A DNA stretch of 54,842 bases from Candidatus Woesearchaeota archaeon. GTDB taxonomy: Archaea; Nanobdellota; Nanobdellia; Woesearchaeales; GW2011-AR9. Shown here piece after piece: positions 35,643 to 44,578 of the stretch (positions within the stretch are counted from its first letter, which is position 1; each line of letters starts with the position of its first letter). Under the pieces are notes generated by a model. That model was given only the letters and a program-made list of their open reading frames with translations. It made no database searches and was not told the origin of the DNA. A program made the position numbers and the translations under genes. The stretch covers positions 1 through 54,842 of the forward strand of contig JABJOX010000055.1 of the NCBI GenBank assembly GCA_018664115.1, in the 5' to 3' direction.

Positions 35643-35692
35643 ATTTATTCGGGATTAGTATAGATTTATTAAGTTAATGGTGATAAAGATTA

Positions 35693-36436
35693 TCATTTAG
35701 CTTGTTCCCAAATATGGTCAAAAAAAGTCCGAAAAGAATCAGCAACTTCTTTTCCTTTAATTACAATTAAGATAGGAATATCAGTCCATACTCCAAGAAG
35801 AGTATGATCTCTAAAAATATCTACTGTTGTCGGTGTTTCTTGAGAGGTATAACGTATATCACTATATTTTGATTTTGGTGCTAATTCAGGCGAACCTTTT
35901 ATTTTTTTGTTAGCAATCAATTTTTGATGAATACCAATTTGATCAGTTTTAACTCTCCAATGTTTGAAAAATAAAGCCCTTTCTTTTGACAATCTTTCTG
36001 GTAAACCAAAGGCATGCCAAACATCATTCTTTTTAGCATCTTTAATCAATAGATTAAAAACATTTTTTATGCCTGGCCACCCATTAAACACTTCTACAGA
36101 TTGATCTAATTTTTTTTCTTTCATTTCAGCAAGTAAAGTAGGAATGATTTTATTAAATTGTAAAGATTTTTCTTCAAATTCTTTTTTCTTTTTTTCTAAA
36201 TAATCTGGAATAAGTCGAGGGTCAATGGGATTAAATTTTTTCACACCATTTTCAATCACAGAACTTACAAAACCTTTTGTTTGTAAACGATCTAATATTT
36301 CATAAACTTTTGAACGAGAAATGCTAGCTATTTTTACTAATGGCCCTGCAGAAGTTAAACCAGTTTTCAATAAAGCAAGGTATACTTTACTTTCTCCTTT
36401 AGTCAAACCAATTTTTTCTAGTGCTCCAGTATCCAT
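35693..36436 (-). CDS. TrmB-family transcriptional regulator (start ATG 36436)
   Basis: LEKIGLTKGESKVYLALL...SRSKVYEILDRL..KG and VFNGWPGIK. Confidence 0.88.
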   Translation of the reverse strand: MDTGALEKIGLTKGESKVYLALLKTGLTSAGPLVKIASISRSKVYEILDRLQTKGFVSSVIENGVKKFNPIDPRLIPDYLEKKKKEFEEKSLQFNKIIPTLLAEMKEKKLDQSVEVFNGWPGIKNVFNLLIKDAKKNDVWHAFGLPERLSKERALFFKHWRVKTDQIGIHQKLIANKKIKGSPELAPKSKYSDIRYTSQETPTTVDIFRDHTLLGVWTDIPILIVIKGKEVADSFRTFFDHIWEQAK

Positions 36437-36477
36437 TTTTAGTATCAATACTTATTGGTTTATATATTTGTCTGTTA

Positions 36478-37428
36478 TTGTCACGTAGGGGGGAGACAAG
36501 AATTTTAAGATCACCAAGGGTCTTTCCAGAAGTAATTGAAATATTTCATGAAACTGTCTTTGATCTCTTCTGATTCTAAAACAAATGCAAATGGTTTCTT
36601 GGTCCAAAGAACTTGAGCAACTTTATTGCCGAAAATAATGATTACCATCGGTGAACTTAAGTGTTTAGGTAATTCACCGTATTTGTAATATTCATTTTTA
36701 TGTTTCTTAATATCTTTTGGTTTTAAACCCTGCAAAAAAGTTCCATGATCAACTAAATCATACATCAGATGTTTTTTTTCTACTCTTCTTTTCATCCAAT
36801 GTTCCCACCAATGTTTCAAAGGAGTGTTGTAAACACCTGAATTGCCACCAATCCAATGACTTGCTTTGTATTCTAAAGCTTCATTTAGTAAAGCTTTAAT
36901 TGCTTCATTTCCTCGATAAACTTCTGCTCTAATATCTGGTTTAGAAATGTTAAACAAGTCTTTAATCTGAGGTATTTGCTGTTTAAGATCTGTTAAAGAA
37001 TCTTCTTTCTTTTTGATCTCTTCTAATAATTTATTTGGATGAGTACATTGATAAGTTCTTTTACCTTTCTCAACGGTATATGAAACTAAACCTTTCTCAA
37101 TCAATTTGTTAAGTATGTCATAAATATTTCTTCTCTCAATACCCGTTTTCTCTTGAATTTTATTCAAACCTGTGATCCCTAACTCTAAAACTGCTGAGTA
37201 AACTGAGATCTGTCCATCGCTTAAACCAAGCTCTTTGAGATTTTCTAATTCCATTTTTATTGTAAATACTTTGTACTTTATAAGCTTTATGGCGTTGAAC
37301 GATACCACAAACATTTAAGTAACCAGGGAGTTCCTACTCATAAGTAAAGAAAAAGCAAACCTTATTTTTGTATAAAAATGGAGGAACAACAATAAAAATG
37401 CTTTTGTTGTCACGTAGGGGGGAGACAA
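36478..37428 (+). repeat. exact 22-bp direct repeat with palindromic ends flanking the second TrmB gene
   Basis: TTGTCACGTAGGGGGGAGACAA at 36478-36499 and 37407-37428. Confidence 0.9.
36511..37254 (-). CDS. TrmB-family transcriptional regulator (start ATG 37254)
   Basis: LKELGLS...VY..L, GIERRNIYDILNKLIEKGLV and EVYRG..AIK. Confidence 0.88.
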   Translation of the reverse strand: MELENLKELGLSDGQISVYSAVLELGITGLNKIQEKTGIERRNIYDILNKLIEKGLVSYTVEKGKRTYQCTHPNKLLEEIKKKEDSLTDLKQQIPQIKDLFNISKPDIRAEVYRGNEAIKALLNEALEYKASHWIGGNSGVYNTPLKHWWEHWMKRRVEKKHLMYDLVDHGTFLQGLKPKDIKKHKNEYYKYGELPKHLSSPMVIIIFGNKVAQVLWTKKPFAFVLESEEIKDSFMKYFNYFWKDPW

Positions 37429-37507
37429 CGCTTATATAATTATAAGTTCCCACTGATAAGTAAAGAATGCAGTTACTCTTTTGGATAAAGAGAGAGGGGG
37501 AGATAAG

Positions 37508-37690
37508 ATGTCGTATGAACTAAGAAAAAATTTAGCAAGAATCAGTTTAGATGAAATCGATAATTTAGCAGCCAGTTATCTGTGTGGTGAACGATTTTCA
37601 TTTGATGATATGCTTCCAATGATGTTTGATCCAGTTTTGAATATGAAAATAAAAAACATTGGAATGAAGTATGGGATTGCAAAAATATAA
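37508..37690 (+). CDS. small hypothetical protein (start ATG 37508)
   Basis: SD GAGGGGGAG; first gene after the TATA box at about 37432. Confidence 0.55.
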   Translation: MSYELRKNLARISLDEIDNLAASYLCGERFSFDDMLPMMFDPVLNMKIKNIGMKYGIAKI

Positions 37691-37714
37691 ATTAAAAACA
37701 CGGAGGAAAATAAA

Positions 37715-38050
37715 ATGTATGCACAAGAATATGAATCAAGATTAGGAGAAAAATTAGTAGTTGAATATAGAGATTTTGCTCGGCCAGGAAGAGTTTCAAC
37801 TTTCAAAGGTAGTTACCCAGTTACTTCACATGAAGAAGCAGTGAAAATCTATGAAGTTATGGATGGAAGAAAACACTTACGAGGAGAACTTTGGTTAAGT
37901 GATACACTTGGACAAAGACAAGCACATTACACTGACCAATTAGAAATCATTGACCATCTAGATAGATTGTGTCATGAAAGAATGGATGCTGATGATTTAG
38001 GATCAGAAGTAGACGCGTTTTTACACCAAAGAGATTTTGTTAGACGTTAA
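37715..38050 (+). CDS. hypothetical protein
   Basis: Leader CACGGAGGAAAATAAAATG. Confidence 0.7.
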   Translation: MYAQEYESRLGEKLVVEYRDFARPGRVSTFKGSYPVTSHEEAVKIYEVMDGRKHLRGELWLSDTLGQRQAHYTDQLEIIDHLDRLCHERMDADDLGSEVDAFLHQRDFVRR

Positions 38051-38067
38051 CACGGAGGAAAAATAAA

Positions 38068-38526
38068 ATGGAAAATGAAAGATTAGAAGTAAGACTTAGA
38101 GATGTTCCTGAAATAGTAAAGGAAACCATTAAAAAAATAACAAAATCAGATTATTTGACACAAAGAAGGATATATGTTGAAAGGACAGATAATCTTGAAG
38201 GACCGCATCATCAACCATTGTACTATATTATAACGTTAGGAAAAGAAGATGATTCTTTTACTGCACCCTACATAACATCATCTAAAACTGGAGCTGCACT
38301 AACAACTACTCATCCACAGATTTGGTTACATCAACAAAAAAACAGAATGAATATATCAATTAATAATGGTGGATTTACAGGAATTTGTGCTAGCGTGAAA
38401 AATGAGGATTTAGAGAACATTGTTTATGAAAAAAGAAAAGAATGTGAAATATTAACAATTCCCGTAACAGAACCACCAGGTTATCAATTAATGATCAGAA
38501 AAGAAGATTTAATGGAAATGTTTTAA
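38068..38526 (+). CDS. hypothetical protein
   Basis: Leader CACGGAGGAAAAATAAAATG. Confidence 0.7.
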   Translation: MENERLEVRLRDVPEIVKETIKKITKSDYLTQRRIYVERTDNLEGPHHQPLYYIITLGKEDDSFTAPYITSSKTGAALTTTHPQIWLHQQKNRMNISINNGGFTGICASVKNEDLENIVYEKRKECEILTIPVTEPPGYQLMIRKEDLMEMF

Positions 38527-38570
38527 ACAAAAACATTTGTATAAAATAAACAATATGGAGGAAAAATAAA

Positions 38571-38906
38571 ATGACATACAAAAAAATAGATGATAAATTT
38601 GGAAAAAAAGACCAAGTAGGTTATGACCCAAAAGAATATCGTAAATACGATGATTTAAAATTAGATGAATTTGAAAAAAAAGAACCAGTAAGTTATGACC
38701 CAAAAGAATATCGTAAATACGATGATTTAAAATTAGATGAATTTGAAAAAAAAGAACCAGTAGGTTATGACCCAAAAGAATACTCTAAATACGATCCTTT
38801 AAAATCGCCTAAAAAAGACGAATATGTCCCTCAGCCAGAAGAAGATAAACCTTGGGACCATTGGGACCCTAGAAAACCACCAGGACCAGGGGCAATGCTA
38901 TTATAA
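38571..38906 (+). CDS. charged repeat protein
   Basis: Leader GGAGGAAAAATAAAATG; 24-aa unit V(G/S)YDPKEYRKYDDLKLDEFEKKEP. Confidence 0.7.
   Translation: MTYKKIDDKFGKKDQVGYDPKEYRKYDDLKLDEFEKKEPVSYDPKEYRKYDDLKLDEFEKKEPVGYDPKEYSKYDPLKSPKKDEYVPQPEEDKPWDHWDPRKPPGPGAMLL
38615..38795 (+). repeat. 72-bp coding tandem repeat, about 2.5 copies
   Basis: GTTATGACCCAAAAGAATA at 38620, 38692 and 38764. Confidence 0.9.
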
Positions 38907-38919
38907 TAAAGTTTTTTTT

Positions 38920-39429
38920 TTATTTCTTCTTAGGAATATGTTTCCTTTTAGTAGGAACTTTGAACACGAACCAATCGTCTTTAGTTATCGGATGAAAGTG
39001 GTCTACTTCATTAATTAAAATACGAGCAGTTGTTTCTTTAACCGCGGCTATTTCTACCCGAACCCCTTCCGATTTCAAATGTCTAACCAACTCAACGTAA
39101 TCAGAGTCTCCAGACATGATAATGATTGAATCCACTTTAGAAGCTAGTTGTGTAGCTTTAATCGATAACGGAATGTCAGCAGACTTGTGACAAGGTATAA
39201 CTGAACCGTAATATTGATTATGTAATCTTTCAGCAAGTTTGTCAGAAATATTTTTCCCTTCTCTGAAATAGATTAATCGATTCAAACCTCGATTGCCTAA
39301 CAATTTAGGAATCAGTTTGTCAAAGTTGATCATTGCGCTAGTATTTTTAGCAATATCATGAATACTTCTTTCGATATTATTTCCATCACAAAGGATTGCT
39401 ACAGATTGATTAATTAATAATTGTGTCAT
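38920..39429 (-). CDS. NYN domain (LabA/DUF88) protein (start ATG 39429)
   Basis: ILCDGNN, KSADIPL and MSGDSDY..LV..LK.EGVRVE. Confidence 0.9.
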   Translation of the reverse strand: MTQLLINQSVAILCDGNNIERSIHDIAKNTSAMINFDKLIPKLLGNRGLNRLIYFREGKNISDKLAERLHNQYYGSVIPCHKSADIPLSIKATQLASKVDSIIIMSGDSDYVELVRHLKSEGVRVEIAAVKETTARILINEVDHFHPITKDDWFVFKVPTKRKHIPKKK

Positions 39430-39548
39430 TGTTATCACCCATTTTTTTGTGGGTACCAAAAAATTTTAATTTTTTCAGTACCTTTTTATTATTTTAATAG
39501 TACAAAGAAATCTATAAAAGTATTTAAGCGTTATGTTTTAGAATTAAT

Positions 39549-39683
39549 TTATTCTTTTTTCTCTTTTTGATATTTTTCGTAATTCTTCTTGCACTTATCA
39601 CAAATAACTGGCTGTCTACTTTCAACTAGAACCCATACATCTTTACAAACTCTACATTTCTTCTTAAATTGCAATTTTGCCAT
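39549..39683 (-). CDS. 44-aa CxxC...CxxC zinc-finger micro-protein (not in ORF track)
   Basis: MAKLQFKKKCRVCKDVWVLVESRQPVICDKCKKNYEKYQKEKKE; TATA about 25 nt upstream. Confidence 0.65.
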   Translation of the reverse strand: MAKLQFKKKCRVCKDVWVLVESRQPVICDKCKKNYEKYQKEKKE

Positions 39684-39870
39684 ATTAAATAAAAGTTGGC
39701 CGTTTATATAAGTGTTTGTGTTATTTTAGGTATTTATTAAAGATATTAACTAATTCACTTAAAAACCCAAAGCTTTATAAAACAAAACACTAATTCACTG
39801 ATATAATTTAATACCACAAGTAAGAGCACAACTCTTTCTTAGTATTATTTAATTTGGAGGAAAATATCAA

Positions 39871-40062
39871 ATGGAAGGAACAGTAAAATGGTTCAATGGC
39901 CAAAAAGGCTTCGGTTTTGTACAAGGCGAAGACGGAAAAGATTACTTTGTTCATTTTAGCGCAGTACCAGAAGACGTACGACTAAATGAAGGAGATAAAG
40001 TAACTTTCGATGTTGTTGAAACAGAAAAAGGCGAACAAGCACAAAACATTCAATTAGCATAA
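39871..40062 (+). CDS. cspA: cold-shock protein
   Basis: GTVKWFN, RNP1 KGFGFV and RNP2 YFVHFS. Confidence 0.93.
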   Translation: MEGTVKWFNGQKGFGFVQGEDGKDYFVHFSAVPEDVRLNEGDKVTFDVVETEKGEQAQNIQLA

Positions 40063-40172
40063 GATTTTATTTATAATTTATAATTATATTTATTAAATCA
40101 AACTTTTTTTTTCTTTATTTTTTCTCATTTTTTATCAATAAATATTTATAATCAAACAATTCTTTCTAATCT

Positions 40173-41153
40173 ATGGAACAAACTATTCTCAAAACATTAA
40201 AAAATAATTTACAATACCAAGAAGGAGAGAAAGTAGCAATTATTTATCAAGAATGGAATGATTCTTTCGATTCAGAGTTAAAACAATTCTTCATTAATTC
40301 TAAAGAAATCTCCAAAAAACTCTACAAAGTATTCAAAGAAAATAATATCAACACAAAACTTATCTCCTACATTCCATCAGAAGCTAGAAGTGGTGTTGAT
40401 GCTCCAAAAGAAATCTACGAACAAGCAAAAGATAAAGATATAATTTTCATGCCAACAGTATTTTCTTTAACCCATACAGATTTCACAAAAACTCAATTTC
40501 AAAGAGGAGCAAGACTTGCTAGTATGCCCAAATTTACTTTGCAATGGTTTGAAAAGTCTGGGCCAATGGACGTTGATCAAGATAAAATAATTGCTCTTAG
40601 TAAAGAATATAGCGATAAAATGAAAAATTCTTCTCAAGTGATAATCAAAGCACCAGAAACAGAAATTACAATTGAAATAAATCAAAATCTCGTACACGAA
40701 AGTACAGGAATTATTCCAAAAGGAGATTGTGGTAACCTTCCGGGAGCAGAAGTTTTCTGTGTTCCCAAAAATGCAAATGGATTTTTTACAATCTTCAAAG
40801 GTTGGGGCGGACCTTTTTCTTTAGAACATGATGTTAAATTCATCGTCAAAGATTGTAAAATCACAAACTTAGTTGGAAAAACAGAAGAAGCTAACAAATA
40901 TATTGAAGAAAAAGTCAAACCATTAATCTTCAAAGAAAAAAATTTCAATGTTCTAGCAGAATTTGGTATCGGCACAAATCCAAACGTAACTAAAGAATCT
41001 TTACAAAAATACGGTTGGTCTGGATTGTTAGCAGAGAAAATATTCGGAACAGTTCATTTCGCTAATGGCAATAGCGCAGGAATGGGCGGCGATAACAATG
41101 TTCCCGTGCATCTCGATTGGGTCATTGAGAATGCAGAACTAGAATGGAAGTAA
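40173..41153 (+). CDS. M29-family (aminopeptidase T-like) metallopeptidase
   Basis: GNLPGAEVF, AEFGIGTN, EKIFGTVHFANG and HLDWV. Confidence 0.85.
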   Translation: MEQTILKTLKNNLQYQEGEKVAIIYQEWNDSFDSELKQFFINSKEISKKLYKVFKENNINTKLISYIPSEARSGVDAPKEIYEQAKDKDIIFMPTVFSLTHTDFTKTQFQRGARLASMPKFTLQWFEKSGPMDVDQDKIIALSKEYSDKMKNSSQVIIKAPETEITIEINQNLVHESTGIIPKGDCGNLPGAEVFCVPKNANGFFTIFKGWGGPFSLEHDVKFIVKDCKITNLVGKTEEANKYIEEKVKPLIFKEKNFNVLAEFGIGTNPNVTKESLQKYGWSGLLAEKIFGTVHFANGNSAGMGGDNNVPVHLDWVIENAELEWK

Positions 41154-41204
41154 ACAATTTCAAACCCCTAATTTTATATATGTGTATTATTTAATAATAA
41201 AATC

Positions 41205-42413
41205 ATGGATGTTAAAGAAAAAGAGGTCATGAACAAAAACATCTGGAAATTTGGTTTATACAATTTTATAGATCACATTAGAATGATCTGGATGATTAAA
41301 ACTCTGTTTCTTTTATGGTTGGGATTTAATTTTACCAACATGAGTATCCATGAATCTATTTTGGCTTTAGTAATATTTTTGTTTGAAGTGCCATTAGGAG
41401 CTTTAGCAGATTTTATTGGTAAAAGAAAAGCAATCATTATTTCCGCAGGGTTGCATGGTGTTGGATTTATGTTAATGGGAATAATGAATGTTCCTGTTCA
41501 CTATTACTTTATTGCTATAATTATGGGTCTAGCATTTTCTTTCTTTTCTGGTTCTGATGTAGCATTACTTTATGATTCATTAAAAAAAGTAAACCGAGAA
41601 AAAGAATATAAAAAAATAAGAGGAAAAATTAATGCAATTGGACAGGTTGGTTCAATAATTGGTGTTTTTGTTGGACCTGCTCTTTATTTAGTAAATCCAA
41701 GATTAGGTTTTCTTTTAACAGGAGCAATATATCTGTTAGGAGCGATTGTTTTACTGACTATGAAAGAACCATATCAATTTCATCATAAATTTACACTTAA
41801 GAAACATTGGCAACAAACAATAGAAAGTTTAAAATTTTCTTTCAAACATGTTCAGGTAAGATGGATTATATTTTACTTTTTTGTAGGACATATTATCTAT
41901 GAATTAGTTTTTGCATTTTTTCAACAACCAATATTAACAAACGTAGGCGTTACGGTTGAATTTTTTGGAATATTATTTGCAGTAATGATGGGAATAAGAG
42001 CCATAGGTGCTTATTTTGCAGATCATATTGAAAAATTATTAAAAGAAAATTTAACTTTATTATTAGTTTTGTTAAGTCAAGTTGCTATTTTTTGGTTTTT
42101 AGCCAGTGGAAATTTATTTGTTGTAGTTCCTTTCATTGGTTTGTTGTACTTCATATATGGTTTTGAAGATGTTATTTTAGAAGATTACATTAATGCACAC
42201 ATTTCATCAAATAAAAGAGCGACAGTCCTTTCCGTTCAAAGCATGTTTCATAATGCAATGATGATTATCATTTTTATTGTTGTAGGTAAAGCGATTGATT
42301 TGTTTTCAATGGGAACAACCTTAAGATATATTTCAATAACATTGCTATTGTTTACTTTGATTCTATTTACATTCAAGAGAGGACTTACAGTAAATGGTAA
42401 GTTTCAAAATTAA
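41205..42413 (+). CDS. MFS transporter
   Basis: FEVPLGALADFIGKR motif A, SG...ALLYDSL and RATVLS; about 12 TM. Confidence 0.9.
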   Translation: MDVKEKEVMNKNIWKFGLYNFIDHIRMIWMIKTLFLLWLGFNFTNMSIHESILALVIFLFEVPLGALADFIGKRKAIIISAGLHGVGFMLMGIMNVPVHYYFIAIIMGLAFSFFSGSDVALLYDSLKKVNREKEYKKIRGKINAIGQVGSIIGVFVGPALYLVNPRLGFLLTGAIYLLGAIVLLTMKEPYQFHHKFTLKKHWQQTIESLKFSFKHVQVRWIIFYFFVGHIIYELVFAFFQQPILTNVGVTVEFFGILFAVMMGIRAIGAYFADHIEKLLKENLTLLLVLLSQVAIFWFLASGNLFVVVPFIGLLYFIYGFEDVILEDYINAHISSNKRATVLSVQSMFHNAMMIIIFIVVGKAIDLFSMGTTLRYISITLLLFTLILFTFKRGLTVNGKFQN

Positions 42414-42416
42414 TTT

Positions 42417-43766
42417 CTATACCAATTCTTTCTTCAACCAATCTTTTCTCCAGTAGAAATAATATGCAATTCCTGCAGAGATCACATTAGAAATCGGATA
42501 AGCAACCCAAATCCCTAATTGTTGCATCCCAACAATTGATGATAAAACATAACTAATCACAAATACCATAATTGTATTAAACAAAGCTAGAAACATTGCA
42601 GTTGTAGTTTTTCCAGCTGCTTTTAATGTTCCAAAGATTACCATTTGCATTCCAATAAAACCAAACGTTAATGCCATTATTCTAATAAAGAAAGCAGCTT
42701 CTAAAACCAATTCAATTTCATTCGGAACAAAGAAAGCCGAAATTGGTTTAGCAAAAATAAATAGTAAAACTCCTAATCCAGTTAAAGTTAAGAAACCAAT
42801 TTTCATTCCCGTTTTAACAATCTTCTCTGCTCGTTCATGCTGTCTTGCACCTAAATTATTACCAACAATTACTGAAGTAGCAATGGAAAAACCAATTCCA
42901 GGAATAATCACAAACATAAATATTCTCATTCCAATTCCAAAAGAAGCAATGGTTAAAGTTCCAAATAACGAAGCAACAAAAGTCATTAAAATCATTCCAA
43001 AAGAACGAGAACCCATTTCTAAAGATGACGGTAATCCTAATCTAAAAATTTTCTTCACCCAAGAAAACTTCATTTTTAAATCAGACCATCTTAATTTAAT
43101 CCCATAAGTTCCCCTAACCAATAGAATAATTCCAATAATTGCAGATAAGTATTCTGTGATTAATGTTGCAAGTGCAACTCCTGAAACTCCCATAGCGGGA
43201 ATGAATCTCCAACCAAACATTAATACTGGATCTAAAAAGAAATTCAACACAACCGTAATAGAAATAATGATTAACGGCACTTTAACTTCTCCAACCCCCC
43301 GTAATGATGATTGAAATAAAATGTAAACAAACATTGCTGTGATTGCTAAGAACGATATTTGTAGATAAGAAGTAGCTTGTTGTAAAACGGATAAATCTTT
43401 AGTGAGAAACGATAATAAATAATGTGAAGAAAAATATCCAACAACAGAAATAATTACTGCCATAATAGAAACTAAACTTAAACTTTGCCCAACAGTGGAT
43501 GAAACTTTATCAGGTTCACCTTTTCCATTATATTGAGCTACAAGAATAGATGAAGCCATTAATAAACCCATTGCTAAAGACATTAAAAAAAATAATATTG
43601 GAAAACTTAACGATACAGCCGCTACTGCTTCTACTCCTAACCGACCAACCCAGAATGTATCAATTAATTGATAAACTGTTTGCAAAATGTTGGCAAAGAT
43701 TATCGGCACTGCAATTATCAATAACGATTTTGTAATTGAACCGTTAAGTAATTTTTCTCTATTCAT
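42417..43766 (-). CDS. MATE family efflux transporter
   Basis: DTFWVGRLG..AVAAV, NFFLDP.L.FG and MGVSGVALAT. Confidence 0.92.
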   Translation of the reverse strand: MNREKLLNGSITKSLLIIAVPIIFANILQTVYQLIDTFWVGRLGVEAVAAVSLSFPILFFLMSLAMGLLMASSILVAQYNGKGEPDKVSSTVGQSLSLVSIMAVIISVVGYFSSHYLLSFLTKDLSVLQQATSYLQISFLAITAMFVYILFQSSLRGVGEVKVPLIIISITVVLNFFLDPVLMFGWRFIPAMGVSGVALATLITEYLSAIIGIILLVRGTYGIKLRWSDLKMKFSWVKKIFRLGLPSSLEMGSRSFGMILMTFVASLFGTLTIASFGIGMRIFMFVIIPGIGFSIATSVIVGNNLGARQHERAEKIVKTGMKIGFLTLTGLGVLLFIFAKPISAFFVPNEIELVLEAAFFIRIMALTFGFIGMQMVIFGTLKAAGKTTTAMFLALFNTIMVFVISYVLSSIVGMQQLGIWVAYPISNVISAGIAYYFYWRKDWLKKELV

Positions 43767-43859
43767 AATTAAGATGGTTTTAGAATTAGTTTATAAAATT
43801 AATTGTTAACTTTTTAATTACCGAAATAAATATAAACCACCCCGAAAAATAATAAAACA

Positions 43860-44126
43860 ATGGAAGCTAGATTAAGAAATGACGCTCATGAACTTATAAA
43901 GAAGAATCTAGATTTAGCAGATATGGTCAGTAAAGTTTATTACAAAAAGTTACCAAATTATATTCCTTTTAGTGATGTAAGAGATGCTGCGTATTTGGGA
44001 TTAGTAGAGGCTGCTAATAAATATAAAAATATTGGGATTGGCTTTGGTGCATTTGCAAGACCAAGAATATTTGGAGCCATTACTGATTATTTAAGAAAAG
44101 AAGATAACCTTTTTAGATCAGCATGA
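43860..44126 (+). CDS. FliA/WhiG-type sigma factor, region 2 fragment
   Basis: DV..AAYLGLVEAA.KY, F..FARPRIFGAITDYLRKED. Confidence 0.8.
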   Translation: MEARLRNDAHELIKKNLDLADMVSKVYYKKLPNYIPFSDVRDAAYLGLVEAANKYKNIGIGFGAFARPRIFGAITDYLRKEDNLFRSA

Positions 44127-44572
44127 AAAATGAAGTATTTAAAGCTAAAAGAAAATTAGAAAAAGAAAAAAAAGAAGTAAATAAAGAAAATCTTGCCAGA
44201 AAAATGGGTTTATCTTTAGATGAATATCTTGAACTAGAACAAGATTGGTCAATCAGCGTTAAAAATATAAATGAAGCTTTTACTGGTTATGATGGAAGCA
44301 AGACTTTTGCTGAAGTTTATAGTAATCATTCTCCAACTCCTGAAGATGAAACTTTATTAATGGAAGATAAAAGAATTTTATACCAAGCACTAAAAACAAT
44401 AAAAAATGAGAAAAAAAGAAAAGCAGTTGAATTATATTTCTTAGAAGGGGAAAATCAAGAAGTGATTGGAGAAATTTTAGGAGTCACTGCTAGTAGAATT
44501 TGTCAAATCCACACAGAAATATTACCACAATTGAAAGAAACAATTATTGAAATAAGAAGTGAAGGGATATAA
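44123..44572 (+). CDS. FliA/WhiG-type sigma factor, region 3-4 fragment
   Basis: LARKMGLSLDEY, PTPED, LYF.EG.NQEVIGEILGVTASRICQIH. Confidence 0.8.
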   Translation: MKNEVFKAKRKLEKEKKEVNKENLARKMGLSLDEYLELEQDWSISVKNINEAFTGYDGSKTFAEVYSNHSPTPEDETLLMEDKRILYQALKTIKNEKKRKAVELYFLEGENQEVIGEILGVTASRICQIHTEILPQLKETIIEIRSEGI

Positions 44573-44578
44573 AAAAAC

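Noticed and set aside
38615-38795. Repeat as a CRISPR array (prompted by the CARF gene)
   Set aside because: Units are contiguous, in-frame 72-bp copies with no unique spacers. No CRISPR array was seen anywhere in the window.
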